DNA from: the human T2T-CHM13v2.0 reference genome, Homo sapiens
Reading direction: 5' to 3' (one strand)
DNA: 64,000 nucleotides
Assembly (NCBI RefSeq): GCF_009914755.1
Contig: NC_060939.1
Below the pieces are notes generated by a model. It saw only the letters and a program-made list of their open reading frames with translations. It searched no databases and was not told the origin of the DNA. This document shows positions 41,328 through 54,849 of this stretch, piece by piece. Every line of letters starts with the position of its first letter. Positions within the stretch are counted from its first letter, which is position 1. The position numbers were made by a program, and so were the translations under genes.

Positions 41328-41856
41328 AAAGGTTGGGAAACTTTTTCTGCAAAAGGCCAAATAGTAGGTATGTTAAAATTTGGTGCACCATGCAATCTCT
41401 GTTACAACTACTCAACTCCAGTGTAACTCAAATGCAGCCATAGACAATATGTAAACAAATGGATGTGGCTATGTTCCGATAAAATTATATTTACAAAAAG
41501 AGGCAGTATGGTCAAGTGCAGTGCCTCACACCTATAATCCCAGTGCTTTGGGATGCCGGGTGTTCAAGACCAGCCTTGGCAATATAGCAAGACCCCATAT
41601 CTACAAAAAGTAAAATAAAAATTAGCTGGGCATGATGGAGAGCACCTATAGTCCTAGCTACTTGGGAGGCTGAGACAGGAGGATCACTAAAGCCCAAGAA
41701 TTTGAGGCTGCAGTGAGCTATGATCATGCCACTGCACTCCAGCCTGGGCAACAGAGTGAGATACTCTCTAAAAATAATTTTAATTAAAATTAAACACCTT
41801 TTTTATATGACAGTGGGCCAGTTTTGGCCCACAAGCTCTAGTTGGTTAACTCCTGG
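41328..41856 (-). mobile_element. MER58A (hAT-Charlie) split by AluJ
   Basis: 'aaactttttctgcaaaaggccaaatag...gcagccatagacaatatgtaaacaaatggatgtggct'. Confidence 0.8.
41510..41790 (+). mobile_element. AluJ with left-arm deletion
   Basis: 'gctttgggatgccgggtgttcaagacc' shortened left arm. Confidence 0.9.
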
Positions 41857-42693
41857 TTTATTAAGCCTCCTAATTCTATGGGTTGATATTTTCAGCAGGA
41901 CTCTCAGTGGGGTTGACTCATATCTGCTCTCCATGATTGACTGGATTGGCATATGTGTTTGCAGTCAGTTGGCAAGGTGACCGAGGGCTGACTGGTCCTG
42001 AATGGTTCCACTCACGTGTCTGGTGGTTGACTGAAGCTGTTGGCTGCATGCTTCGGTTTGCCTTTACACGGCCTCTGTGGTAAGGGCGCTCTGGATTTCT
42101 CCCATAGTAGCTGGATTCCAGGGGGACAAAAGCAGAAGCTTCTTGACTTCTGAGGCCTCAGCTAGGAAGCCACAATGTCACTTCATATTCCATTGGCCAA
42201 AGTCACAAGAGATGAGGATATAGACTATACATTTTGATGGAAAAGCTCAAAGAGTCTGTGGCCCTTTAAAATCCACTACAGTGAGTAAACTGTCAAAACA
42301 GTGTATCAATTCCTGCAAGACTTTTACCAGCAACTTTCCTACTTTGAAACTCACCAGTACTTTGTGTATTATGGTCACAATTCTCACTGTAAATAACACA
42401 GCCATAACTTAAGCAAGAAACAATAATTAATCAAAATTTCCATTCAAAATATTTTGAAATGTTTGTGAAAAGGAAGCAGTTATGAAAATAAAAGAGGTCT
42501 TTTAAGACTCAGAGTGGAATTATCTCATTTTTATTTTTAATGGGGAGCTTGGTTAAAAGGGTCATTTGAGGAGGAGATAGTGAGGGAAGATATGGGAGGT
42601 AGTAAACAGAGGGTGGCTGAAATTTTAATCCTTGGAGGTAAAGAGGTTATTGCTTTGGAGAGACTCCTTTTGTTTTAGAAAACTCCCCTCAAT

Positions 42694-42967
42694 AGCTGGC
42701 ACGGTGGCTCACGCCTGTAATCCCAGCACTTTGGGAGACTGAGGTGGGTAGATCACTTGAGGCCAGGAGTTTGAGACCAGCCTGGCCAACATGGTGAGAC
42801 TCTGTCTCTACCAAAAAATGAAAAAAAATTAGCCAGGCATGGTGGTGTGAACCTGTAGTCCTAGCTCCTCAGGAGGCTGAGGCTGCAATGAGTTGTGAGT
42901 CATGATCATACTACTGCACTCCAGCCTGGGCAATAGAGCAAGACTCTGTCTCTAAAAAAAAGAAAAG
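42694..42967 (+). mobile_element. Alu with right-arm deletion
   Basis: 'ggaggctgaggctgcaatgag'; 17-bp TSD agaaaactcc(c/t)ctcaat. Confidence 0.92.
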
Positions 42968-42999
42968 AAAACTCCTCTCAATGAATCTTGAGTTACATT

Positions 43000-43873
<874 letters not shown>

Positions 43874-44077
43874 ACTATCTTCATATTTCTATCACCTTGT
43901 ATTAGACATGTTAATCAACAGTTCCTGCCATGGTTCACAGTCCTCCTGAAAAGGGAGTCTTAGATTCTGTTTAATACCACATAAGTACAATTCCTACAAG
44001 AGCCAAAGCTGATTAGACACTGACCCAAAGGCTGTCAACCTATGATTTGACAGGAATAGGGTTTTCCCTATAACAGA

Positions 44078-44502
44078 TGCTGTTGGTTCCCTGCCTGTGT
44101 CCCCTCCCATACTCCCTGATCCAGTTTACGCTGACAGCATCTTGCTGTAAGCACCTGCCACTTACCACTTGAGAAAATGGACATACTAGATGGACATGGA
44201 CATTAATGCCCCTGAAATTAGCTTTCAGCCACTGACAGATGAGAGTTGGAGGGGAAATATCCAACTTCTTTGCCTCTCAACTGGGATAACTCTGAGAAAT
44301 ATTCTACACTGTCTCCCAGAGTCCCCCAATGGGACAAAAATCCAGTTGCCTACAGCAGTAGCTCAGTAATGAGCTTCCTTACCTTCCTTGTCTCAATTTC
44401 CCACTCCCTTAAAAGTGCTTCCAGAAATTATCTCCCAAATTAACTACCAGCTCTTAAATCCTTGCCTCCAACTTGGGTTCTGTGGGAAACCAACTTAACA
44501 CA
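44078..44502 (+). mobile_element. LTR16-like ERVL LTR
   Basis: 'cagccactgacagatgagagttgg...ctgggataactctgag...ttatctcccaaattaactac...aacttaacaca'. Confidence 0.65.
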
Positions 44503-45803
44503 CTGCTCAGATGTCACAATGGTTATTAGTAAAGCCAAACAGGCATCCTCTCTGGTATATATGTATTTTTAAAAAACCTTTTTTAGCTGGACCAAGAGAA
44601 ACAGATATGTCATCTCTATTTGAACCACATATTTGGTGAAACGCTAAAGAGAAGATACAAAAAATTCCTGCCCAGAGGTATCACTCTTTGGATGCAGAAC
44701 AACCCTCTATCCTAATCTTGATAAGACTGTGCCCTATTACAGCTCCTTTTATTTCCATGAGATTCTTTCATTCTATAGCTTTATATGTACCCTAACAATA
44801 GTGAACACCAGCATTCCCAATCCCACTTACTTGAGTTTGAGAATTTCTCTTCCTAGACACTAAACTATAACTTGGGAGGCACTATATTTTGCTTCCCGTA
44901 TTGCAACTAAAGTAAAGCTTTGCACAAAGTAGACACTCAGTTAATATTTGTCTAATGAAGAAATGGGAGGAGTATTTTAATGGTAGATGTGGATTTACCT
45001 GGGTTTAGAACTACTTGGCAAGTCTTAGCTATGAAAAAGTCTTTTTCCCCTCCATGGAGCAAACACTTGAAGAAATTTTCATACCTTGTAATTAGAAGGA
45101 CAAATTATTATTTTTATTATTTTTGTACTAAGCATCCCTTTCTATCTTCTTATGGTTACTGTGTCCCTTCTCCTCACTTCCTTTCCCCACAAACATGCAC
45201 ATGTCCTTTGGAAAACTACTTGTCCTTTGATTCCTAGGTTTCTATCCCTGCCCCCAAGAAGCTATATAGCCCCCACAACTGGTCAATCATAATTCCTTAT
45301 CTTCCTGGGGTTTGGCACATGACCTACCAAGATAAAACTTCTGCCCTTGAGTTTTATAAAGGGGCTATGGAGAGGAAAGCTCTTTTAATCTCCTGAGTTT
45401 GCCAAGCTGTGTTAATGTAAGTGTGAATTTGTTAGCCCACCCCTCACATCTCATTCCTACCAAACCACAAAAAGTCGTCTGTCTTCAGTAGATGTGGTTG
45501 AAAGAATCACATACGAAAATACAGCCTGGAGAGAGACAGGAAGATCTAGCAATGTTTTATGTCTCTAGACTTCTCCAAGCCACCATCACCTTGTATTTCT
45601 TTTTAATAAGAGCCAATAAATTCCCTTTTAATTTTCAGTTTTTTTGAATTGGGTTTTTACCACTTGCAACCAAACAAGATACTATATGCAAAACTTGAAG
45701 AACTAACTCTAAAACTGACAGGACTACATTTTAAAATTGAAGCCCTTCCCCTGCAAACACCTCACCAGCACCTCAGTTCTTAAAGCATATTAGAACATCA
45801 ATA

Positions 45804-46145
45804 GTACCTGTAAACCCAACATTTTGGGAAGCTGAGGCTGGAAGATCACCTGAGACCAGGAGTTTGAGACCAGCCTGGACAACATAGTGAGACCCTTGAT
45901 CTACAAAAGACTTTTGAAATTAGCCCGGTGTGATGGAGTGTGCCTGTAGTCCTAGCTACTCAGGAGGCTGATGCAGGAGGATCACTTGAGCCCAGGAGTT
46001 CGAGGGTGCAGAGAGCCATAACTGAGCCACTGCATTCCAGCCTGGGTGAGAGAGTGGGATCAAGAAAGAAAAAGAGAGAAAGGAATGAAGGAAGGAAAGA
46101 AGGAAGGAAGGAAGGAAAAGAAAGAGAAAAAGAGAAAGAAAAGAA
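45804..46145 (+). mobile_element. 5'-truncated AluJ with GA-rich tail
   Basis: TSD gaacatcaatag. Confidence 0.9.
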
Positions 46146-46529
46146 CATGAACATCAATAGAAGCCATGAGTGTGTGTCTTTGTGTCTCCCATTGCATCAT
46201 GTGCTAGATGTCTAGGAGCCTGCAGCAGGGTCCCTTGTACACTAGAGGATTGTGTTAATAGAGATTAGAGTGTATCCAGCTGAAGGGGATTTCAGAAAGA
46301 AAAGAGATTATTTCTTTTCTCTTTATGCAATGCATAAAAAAATTATGGGAGAAATGTCAACACTTATTCCTGGAGGTTATGTAGAGTGGTAAGCTATTTT
46401 TTTCTGAAAGGAGAAGATTTAGGGAAATTTAGCCAAGCATGAAAGGTGATTTGTTCCAAATCCTTTCATACATGTACCTGAGTAAACCCAAACAATGTAA
46501 GTGTCTTCTGGCTGGTTCCAAAAGGAACT

Positions 46530-46900
46530 AAAATTTATCTGAAACTGAGACCATAACTCCCAAACCTGGTATTCTTTTAGTACTTCTTATCAGTATAATG
46601 TCACGGCCATTTATCCAATTTATGTGTAAGACAGAAACCGAGGGGTTATCTTTAATAACTTCTTGGTCTTCATTTCCTTCAAATCCAGTGAGTCACTGAG
46701 TTGCATCCATTTCATCTTCCACATGTCTCTTAAATCTCTCTGCTTATTCCCAATTCTTCTGTGATTTCCTCTGTCCAGGCTATCATCACACTGGATTACT
46801 ACTCTAACCCACTAACTGTTCTTCCCTGCATGCAGTCTTGATCCACTCCAAGCCGTTTCAGACCATTTTCTACTCCAAAGCCCATCTTGCTTTGTTGTTG
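46530..46900 (-). mobile_element. L2 fragment
   Basis: 'gtccaggctatcatcacactggattact' L2 motif. Confidence 0.6.
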
Positions 46901-48713
46901 TCATTAATGCAGATCTGTTTATGTTATTTTTTCCTTTCTCAATCTCCTTAAAAATCTCCAAAGTATGTTGGATATCTGATCATGTCTGTCCAGAAAATTT
47001 CTATCCTCCTTATGACAGTAACACCCTAAGTTTATTTTAGGAAACCACCTCTCCCCAAGGTGGTTTGAGTGGGATTACCCCCATCTCCAGCTCCAGAGTT
47101 ATGGATTCCCTAATTGGCTTCCCTAGCCACAGAGATAATGTTAGGGGAGGGCACTTAACCCATACCTAAACCATGTAGAGCACAGCATTCCCCTAGCCAA
47201 AGAATGGCTTCAGAGTGGGCATATGATTTAAGCAAATCCAATCAGAAAGATTGACTAGTTCTTGGGACCATGGTAGGAGCCAGACTGAAGATTAAGGATA
47301 AGGGTAGAGTCATGGGATCCAAAAGAGCCAGAACTGGGGCAGGAAAAGATCATCACCCTATGAATAAAACTTGTCCTTAGAGTGGGATCTGAACTCTGGA
47401 CTTCACCATAACATAAGCCAATGGTTCTTTTTCTGCCTTTCTTTATTTTATGAAGAAAGGCTGGATTGAATTTTCTATTACTGGCAACCGAAAGGTTCTT
47501 AGCTATTATTCATCCAAGCTAATGTATTATTGCACGTAGAATAAAGGCAAAGTTCTTAATATAGCTTGAAGCACATTTGCATTTGCTGCCTGAGCTCTAG
47601 CCACAGAGGCCTATGTTTAACTTTTGTTCATGCCCTTCCCTCTTCCTGAAACCTTCCTGGCCTCCCACACACCCAATATTATGCATTTTGTCTTACTTAT
47701 GCTTTAACTCTCAGCTCAAATTCCTTTCGTGACCCCTTAAACAGACAAAATCCCCTTAATATTCACTCTGAAAGTCCAGGAAGGATTCAATTTTGGTACT
47801 TATAAAAATATTTGTGAGATTATTTCATAAATGTCTGTCTCTCTCACTTAACTCTAAGTTACATGTAAGAAACTCTCCATAAGTTTCAGTTAACAACACA
47901 CTATCAAATAACAACTTGAATTATACTTGAAAGGAAGAAGAAAGTCATAGTAAATATCACTGGTTCACTCACAAAATGAAAATAGGTTAATAAAATTTAT
48001 TTTAAAGCCATCGTAGGAGGAATTTTCCTGGTCACATCCAAGCAACTTATAAAAATGGGAAAATTTAAAAACAGATGTATCAGAAACACATATTATTTTA
48101 TCTAGAAAATAAATTAAATAGTGGAATTAACATCTTTTTATTGTAGAAGATTAAAGAATAAATTTGTCTTTAATGTAATTCAACCAAAGGGGGCAGAATA
48201 CAACCAATGCATTAATTTAGAAGTGGATGGAATGATTTGGGGAAAAAAAAACCAGGATTTCTGGCAAGTTTCCCCTTCTGATTCAGAGCTGCAACAAAGA
48301 AGCTGTTAAAATGTTTGCAATTTCGTTTCAGTGTTGGATCAAATAATATACACGTGCAGCTATTGGAAAAAAGATTTTGAAATGATTTTGTTGTATTACA
48401 ACTTACGCAGTCCATCATGGTCAAAAGACCATTTTAGATGAATTTCAGTTTTAAGAGGTCATATTACTGCATCAGTTTTTTTTTCCCTTGCTGTTCTATC
48501 TTCACTCCAGAGAAAAAAACAGAAATGTATGGGAAGGCTAAACTAACAATGTTGTTGCTCTAATGGAAGTTTCATAAATACAACAAAATTTATTATATTC
48601 TTAGTGGAACAATACTTAGTTGTTTTCAATAATAGTTGAACAAAATATATATATTTCATGAGTCTAGACTTGGAAAGAGCTGTGACAGCACAATTAGAGA
48701 CACCTAGAAAAAT

Positions 48714-49314
48714 GCGGTATCCCCCTTACCGTGGGGGATACGTTCTAAAACCCCCAGTGGATGCCTGAAGACACAGATAGTACTAAACATGCAAGCGTAC
48801 TATGCATGAATTTCTTTTTCCTTCTTCACAATTTCACAGAGGGAGGATTCATTCTTACTGTAGATCTTAGTAATCTCGGTATGTAATTTTTTTTCTTTTT
48901 TAAGTGGAGAACTTACACTTTTTCACTTAAAGAAAGCATTTTATGGATCCTCTTTGGCATATCCACCATCATCACCACTCTTGCACTTTAGGGCCATTAG
49001 TAAGTAAAATAAGGGTTACTTGAACGCAAGCACTGTGATACCACGACAGTTGATCTCATTATCAAAAAGCTACTAAATGACTAATGGGCAGGCAGCATAT
49101 TCGGCGTGAATACACCGAACAAAGGGATGAGTCATGTCCCAGGCAGCATGGAGCAGAGCAGTGTGAGATTTCATCACAAAACTCAGGATAGAATGCTATA
49201 AAAAACATAGGAATTATTTATTTCTGGTATTTTCTATTTAATATTTTCAGATCACAATTGATTGTGGGTAACTGAAACCACAGAAAGTGAAACCACAGAT
49301 AAGTGGGAACTACT
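48714..49314 (+). mobile_element. MER44/Tigger7-like DNA transposon
   Basis: 'ccccttaccgtgggggatacgttc...cccccagtggatgcctgaa' start and 'gaaaccacagataagtgggaactact' end. Confidence 0.8.
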
Positions 49315-49675
49315 TTAAAATCAGAATGTTTATATCTCTTAATTAATTTTTTCTCCAACCTGAAATGCCCTCCCTTCTCATTTTTGCCAAATTCAACTTC
49401 TCTTTCATTTTCAACAACACAAAAAGCTCTCACGTCATAACCTTATTGTTCTGTTTTTTTCTATACCTGTAGACTAGTACAAGTAGTACTCACCGTGTGG
49501 TATCAGTGACTTCCAATTGACAACTCAAGGACTATACTATCTGTACTCCAAATCACCTGGAAAACATTTAAAATATATCTTCCAAATTGCTCCCCACCCT
49601 GCCTCTCCCACTTTCAAGACTTGAGTCAGTAAATTAGAACATCTAAGGAATCTGCAGTCTTTAAAAATATTTTCT

Positions 49676-49975
49676 GGCCTGGTGTGGTGGCACACACCTG
49701 TAATCCCAGCACTTTGGGAGGTGGAGTCAGGTGGATTGCTTGAGCTCAGGAGTTCGAGACGAGCCTGCACAACATAGCAAAACCCAGTCTCTACAAAAAA
49801 TACAAAAAGTAGCTGGGCGTGGCAGCCCACACCTGTAGTCCCAGCTACTCGGGAGGCTGAGGTAGGAGGATCACTTGAGCCCTGGAGTCAGAGATTGCAG
49901 TGAGCCAAGGTCATGCCACTGAACTCCAGCCTGGCAACAGAACAAGACCTTGTCTCAAAAAGTAAGTAAATAATA
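49676..49975 (+). mobile_element. Alu (J/early S)
   Basis: TSD aaaatattttct. Confidence 0.93.
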
Positions 49976-49989
49976 AAATATTTTCTGTA

Positions 49990-50555
49990 CACCCCTGTTG
50001 ATAACAGCATTATTCTCAATCTCCAAAAGGTGGAAGCAACTCATTGATAGATAGACAAACAAAATGTGGTATACACATACAATGGAATATTTTTCAGCCT
50101 TAAAAAAGAAGCACATTTTGACATATGCTACAACGTGAATGAATCTTAAAGAATTATGTTAAGTGGAATAAGCCAGTCACAAAAAGATAAATATCATATA
50201 ATTCCAATTATATGAGGTACATAGATTTGTCAAATCCATATAGACAGAAAGTAGAATGGTGATAGGGGCTAAGGGAGGAGGCCACAGGAGTTATTGTTTA
50301 AGGATATGGAGTTTCAGTTTTGGAAAATGAAAAAAGTTTTAAGGATGAAAAAAGTTTTGGAAGATGAAAAATGTTAGAGATGGATGGTAGTGATGGTTGC
50401 TCAACAATGTGAATGTACTTAATACCATTGAACTATACACTTAAAAACAGTTAAGATTGTGCATTTTATGTTATGTGTATTTTAGCACAACTGAAAAAAA
50501 TAGTTAAAAGGGTAAATTTTATTTTACGTATATTTAACTACAACTAAAAAAAACA
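49990..50555 (+). mobile_element. L1MB-type 3' UTR
   Basis: 'aaaatgtggtatacacatacaatggaat...ggtagtgatggttgc...actatacacttaaaa'. Confidence 0.85.
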
Positions 50556-50744
50556 TTGTATATGGGAAATGCTGGTCTCAGTTTTTTGTGTTGGTTCTTC
50601 ATTCTTAATTGTCATAATATTTTATTCATTCATTTCTTTATAAATAATGCACCATGCATAATTCTAGATGCTGGAGACATAGCCATGACTAAAGCAGACA
50701 AGGTCCCTGCTCTCACAGAGCCATAATTCTACCATCTATGACAT

Positions 50745-51192
50745 CTTATTTGTGAGGATGAGATGGTATAGCATGGGATGGAAACCCCAATTTTACAGTG
50801 GCTTTAACACTCAAGATTTTACTCTCTGATATAAAATATCAATTTGGCAGGGACTCAGGATCCTTCCAGCTTTGTTCTTTATCAACCCTAGGGTATGACT
50901 GTATAGACATGATCCAGTGTGACTGCTGAATAGAGCTGGTCTTTGCATCTGTATTCCTACCAGCAGGAAGGAGAAAATACAACCAAGGGCATAATCCTTA
51001 TTTTAGGTATACTCTTTGAAAGTGACATCCCATTGACAATAACTTAAACAAATGGCCAAGCCTAGCTGCAAGGGAAGCTGGAAAATGCAATCTTTGTTCC
51101 TGGCAGACATGTGTTTAGCTAGAATGCAAGGGTTCTTTTACTGAAAAAGAGGAGAATGGACACTGGAAGAGAACTATCAGAATCTGCTACAC
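50745..51192 (-). mobile_element. Old MLT1 LTR
   Basis: 'cctagctgcaagggaagctggaaaatg' MLT1 motif. Confidence 0.55.
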
Positions 51193-51289
51193 AATTATTT
51201 TCCCAGCACATCTTGAATTCTTTGAAGGACAAGAGGTCTCTCAACACGTAGAATTAAAAGGAAGAGCCCCTAAGGGGAAAGCAAAAAGA

Positions 51290-52995
51290 TAATTTGAAAT
51301 GATATCCCTCTGAGGGCTTCACCCCTGGAACAGCCCACTTCCTATTGGGAACATTTCCTTTTGATATGTAGACCTATGAACTAAAGAAACAAAACTCTCT
51401 TGCACATTCCCAACATGCAGTAATGGAACAGGTAGAAAATACTGCTATGAACATTGCTTTTTAAAAAGGAAGAAAATTGATACACACAGGATTCACTGGT
51501 CCACAGCAATTTTGAAATCTAGCTGGACATATGTTGCCAGTTCCTTGATTAAAGGATCAATTCTACTGCCTGGGAACAATTCACTTTGGCTCTTGGCTCT
51601 ACCCTCTTGGCCATCTTCATTTTCCATGGAAAATAGCCCATGTTTATGGCTGAGTAATTTCTGCAGCCTGTTTCTGCCCACAGAAATTTGGATTTCATTT
51701 TGTATTTTCTATATCTTTCAGTCCAAGTTGATATAATTCTTTTAAAATCTTTGAGTTTTTAATGAATTATATTATAATCCACTCCATTAAACAGAATTCT
51801 TACCCAAAGGTCTCCTTCAAGATAAGCCCTTCTCTACCTTGGTCTTCCTATTAGGCTCCCAAGGGACAACATCTTTAAGATTCTTATAAGCCCTTTTTTG
51901 ATAAAGGTGATCTGTGGGATATGCCCTTAAGATCCTTAGAGGATCTTTTATCTGACTAAATTGTTCTCTGAGGAATCACTTGAGATTTTTCTGAGATCAT
52001 ATCAAAGGATCTTATTGTTCTTACCTAGGTTTCATCTTTGCCTTGAAGCATTTTCCTTAATTGACAATCTTACAGAGCCTAGAAGTGACAGTTTTATTTT
52101 CAAATTCAGTTTTGTGTTCATCTTATTTCTTTCTTCTCATCTTTTACCGTAAACAAGAAGAAATAGCCAGAGGGCACCTTCAACATTCTTCCAGTGAATC
52201 TCCTTAGCTAGATAATTCAGTTCATTGGGTATAATTTCTGCTTTCTACTTTATTACAGGTCCTTGTGTTGCTAAACATTCTGCCACTAAATAACAAAGAT
52301 CTTCCTCCAATTTCCAAGAACTTTTTCTTACTTTACTTCAAGCTCTCTCTACAAGCCTTCTTGAGGACCATCAGACTCTTCTACCAGTATCTTCATGGTC
52401 CTTCCAACTTCCACCTTCTTCCCCAAAGCCACTATCATATTTTTAGATTTTTATTACAACACCCCGCTTCCAGGTAAAAACCTGTTCCAGTTTCTATGGC
52501 TGCAAAATAAATTACCCCAAAACTTAGTGGCTTAAAACAGCCATTTATTAGGCTCATGGATTCTGTGGGTCAGGAACTTTGAGGTAGTGACTTGTCTCTA
52601 GGTTAAAAGATTTGTGAGATGGAAGACAAAGGTTGGGGATGGGAATCATCTGAAGTCTCATCCCTCACATGTATGGCACCTGATACAAACCGTTCACTGG
52701 GGACCTTGGTCCTTCTGCCTGTGATTTCTTTGCATGGGCTAGTTTTAGCTTCCTCATAGCATGGCGGCTGGGTTCTAAGAGAGAGTACCCTGCAAAAGAG
52801 CCTGATGATAGCTAAATTGCTTTCTGTGACTTAAACTTGGAAGTCACAAAGTGTTATTTCTACTTTATTCTATCAGTAAAGACAGTCACAAGGCCCATTC
52901 AAGTTTAAAGACTCGTCTTCTTGAGGGAGAAGTGACAATATTCTAGTGGAGTATATGGGACCAGAAATAATGCTGTGGCCACTTTGGAAAACACA
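51290..52995 (-). mobile_element. MaLR internal region plus adjoining MLT1 LTR (52483-52995)
   Basis: 'acaacaccccgcttccaggta' int/LTR junction followed by 'aattaccccaaaacttagtggcttaaaac'. Confidence 0.65.
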
Positions 52996-53076
52996 GGAGA
53001 AGCCTAGGAAGGTACTCCTTTCATTGAGCTCTTGGATAATAAGCTCATCTCAGGCTCTGCTTCTAGAGAACCCAAC

Positions 53077-53535
53077 TGCATTAGTTTCAAGGGCTGCCAT
53101 AATGAAGTACCACAAGGTGGGTGGTAGAAACAAGAGAAATTTATTGTCTCACAGTTCTCACAGAGAAACTTATTGTCTCACAGAGATCCGAGATCAAGGT
53201 GTTAACAGGGTTGGATCATTCTGAGGGATGTCTTCCACACCTTGCCTTTCCTTTCTGGTGGTTTGCTGACAATCTTGGCATTCCTTGGCTTATAGGAGCA
53301 TCACTTCACTGTTTGCCTTATCTTCACATAGTGTTCTCACTGTGTGCATCTTGCTGTATCCAAATTTCCCCTTTTTGTAAGGATGCCAGTCATATGGGAT
53401 TGGGGTCCTCTCTAATAACCTCATCTTAACTAATTACATCTGCAATGACTGTTTCCAGATAAAATTACATTCTGATATAGTGGGGTTAGCACTTTAACAT
53501 ATGAATTTAGGGTAGACACAATTAAACCTATGACA
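53077..53535 (-). mobile_element. MLT1B/C-like LTR
   Basis: 'gggctgccataatgaagtaccac...ccaaatttcccc...ctaattacatctgcaatgac'. Confidence 0.8.
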
Positions 53536-53544
53536 CTGACCTAA

Positions 53545-54364
53545 GGATAGAGGCAGGAGGCGGAGAACTATCCTAGACAGATAGGAGAGGGTCCCCAGAG
53601 AACCTCTGACCCACCAAGGTTATTGTGCACAGGGGGCTTGACTAAATATGCCCACGGTGAAAAATTCTGTCCCTTAGCACATGTGCGGTAAGGGAAATAA
53701 ATCAATGTGGCGGGACTCAGGCTAAGGGCCCCGCAAGTACACTGGAAGGATGGCGTGGAGTCACCAGGAATTCACACCTTACAAAAATGGGGAACTGATA
53801 TGGTTTGGCTGTGTCCCCACCCAAATCTCATCTTGGGTTCCCACATGTTGTGGGAGGGACCCGGTGGGAGGTGATTGAATCATGGGGGCGGGTCTTTCCT
53901 GTGCTGTTCTTGTGATAGTGAATAAGTCTCACAAGATCTGATGATTTTAAAAGGGGGAATTTCCCTGCACAAGTGCTCTTCTTTTGTCTGCTGCCATGTG
54001 AGATGTGCCTTTCACCTTCCGCCATGATTGTGAGGCCTCCCCAGCCACATGGACCTATAAGTCCAATAAACCTCTTTCTTTTGTAAATTGCCAAGTCTTG
54101 GGTATGTCTTTATCGGCAGTATGAAAATGGACTAATACAGGAACCCAGCCCCATCAGCAGATATATAGAAGCCCTTGTATTCAACTTTGAAGGGGGCCAA
54201 CTGGCAACCTGCTTTCAGGACCCCTCTTTTTGCTGAGAGCTTTCCTTTTTGCCTAATAAATTACACTCCACTCACTCTTTGATGTCTGTGTGACTAATGT
54301 TTCCTGGTTGTGAGACAAGAACCCAGATCTAGCTAAGCCTTAAGGAGTGAAAAATCATGCATCA
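53545..54364 (+). mobile_element. MER4-group ERV1 solo LTR (MER66-like) hosting THE1
   Basis: 'gatagaggcaggaggc' start, '...aaaaatcatgcatca' end, 4-bp TSD ctaa. Confidence 0.65.
53796..54139 (+). mobile_element. THE1 (MaLR) solo LTR
   Basis: TGATATGGTTTGGCTGTGTCCCCACCCAAATC ... GGACTAATACA; 5-bp TSD ggaac. Confidence 0.95.
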
Positions 54365-54389
54365 CTAAGACATAAGAGTATCTACTCTA

Positions 54390-54702
<313 letters not shown>

Positions 54703-54849
54703 AAGAGTATCTACTTTACGCTATTTATTAAAAAGATTATCTGAAATAATACATAGTTCCTGGCACCTAGCAAATGATTAATAAATGTTAGCCATCATCA
54801 TTTATCTTTGGATCCAGACAGACTAGCACAGTGCTTAGCACATAGCAAA

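Larger units (their letters stand above)
41270..42280 (-). mobile_element. Old MLT1 LTR hosting MER58A and AluJ
   Basis: 'atctatggctgcatgacaaaccatcccaacacttaatggcttaaaa' ... 'ttgatggaaaagctcaaagag...aatccactaca'. Confidence 0.7.

Noticed and set aside
50317-50375. Triplicated 'gatgaaaaaagtttt' unit (and the short duplication at ~53133-53182)
   Set aside because: Ordinary slippage duplications inside old repeats; no evidence of function.
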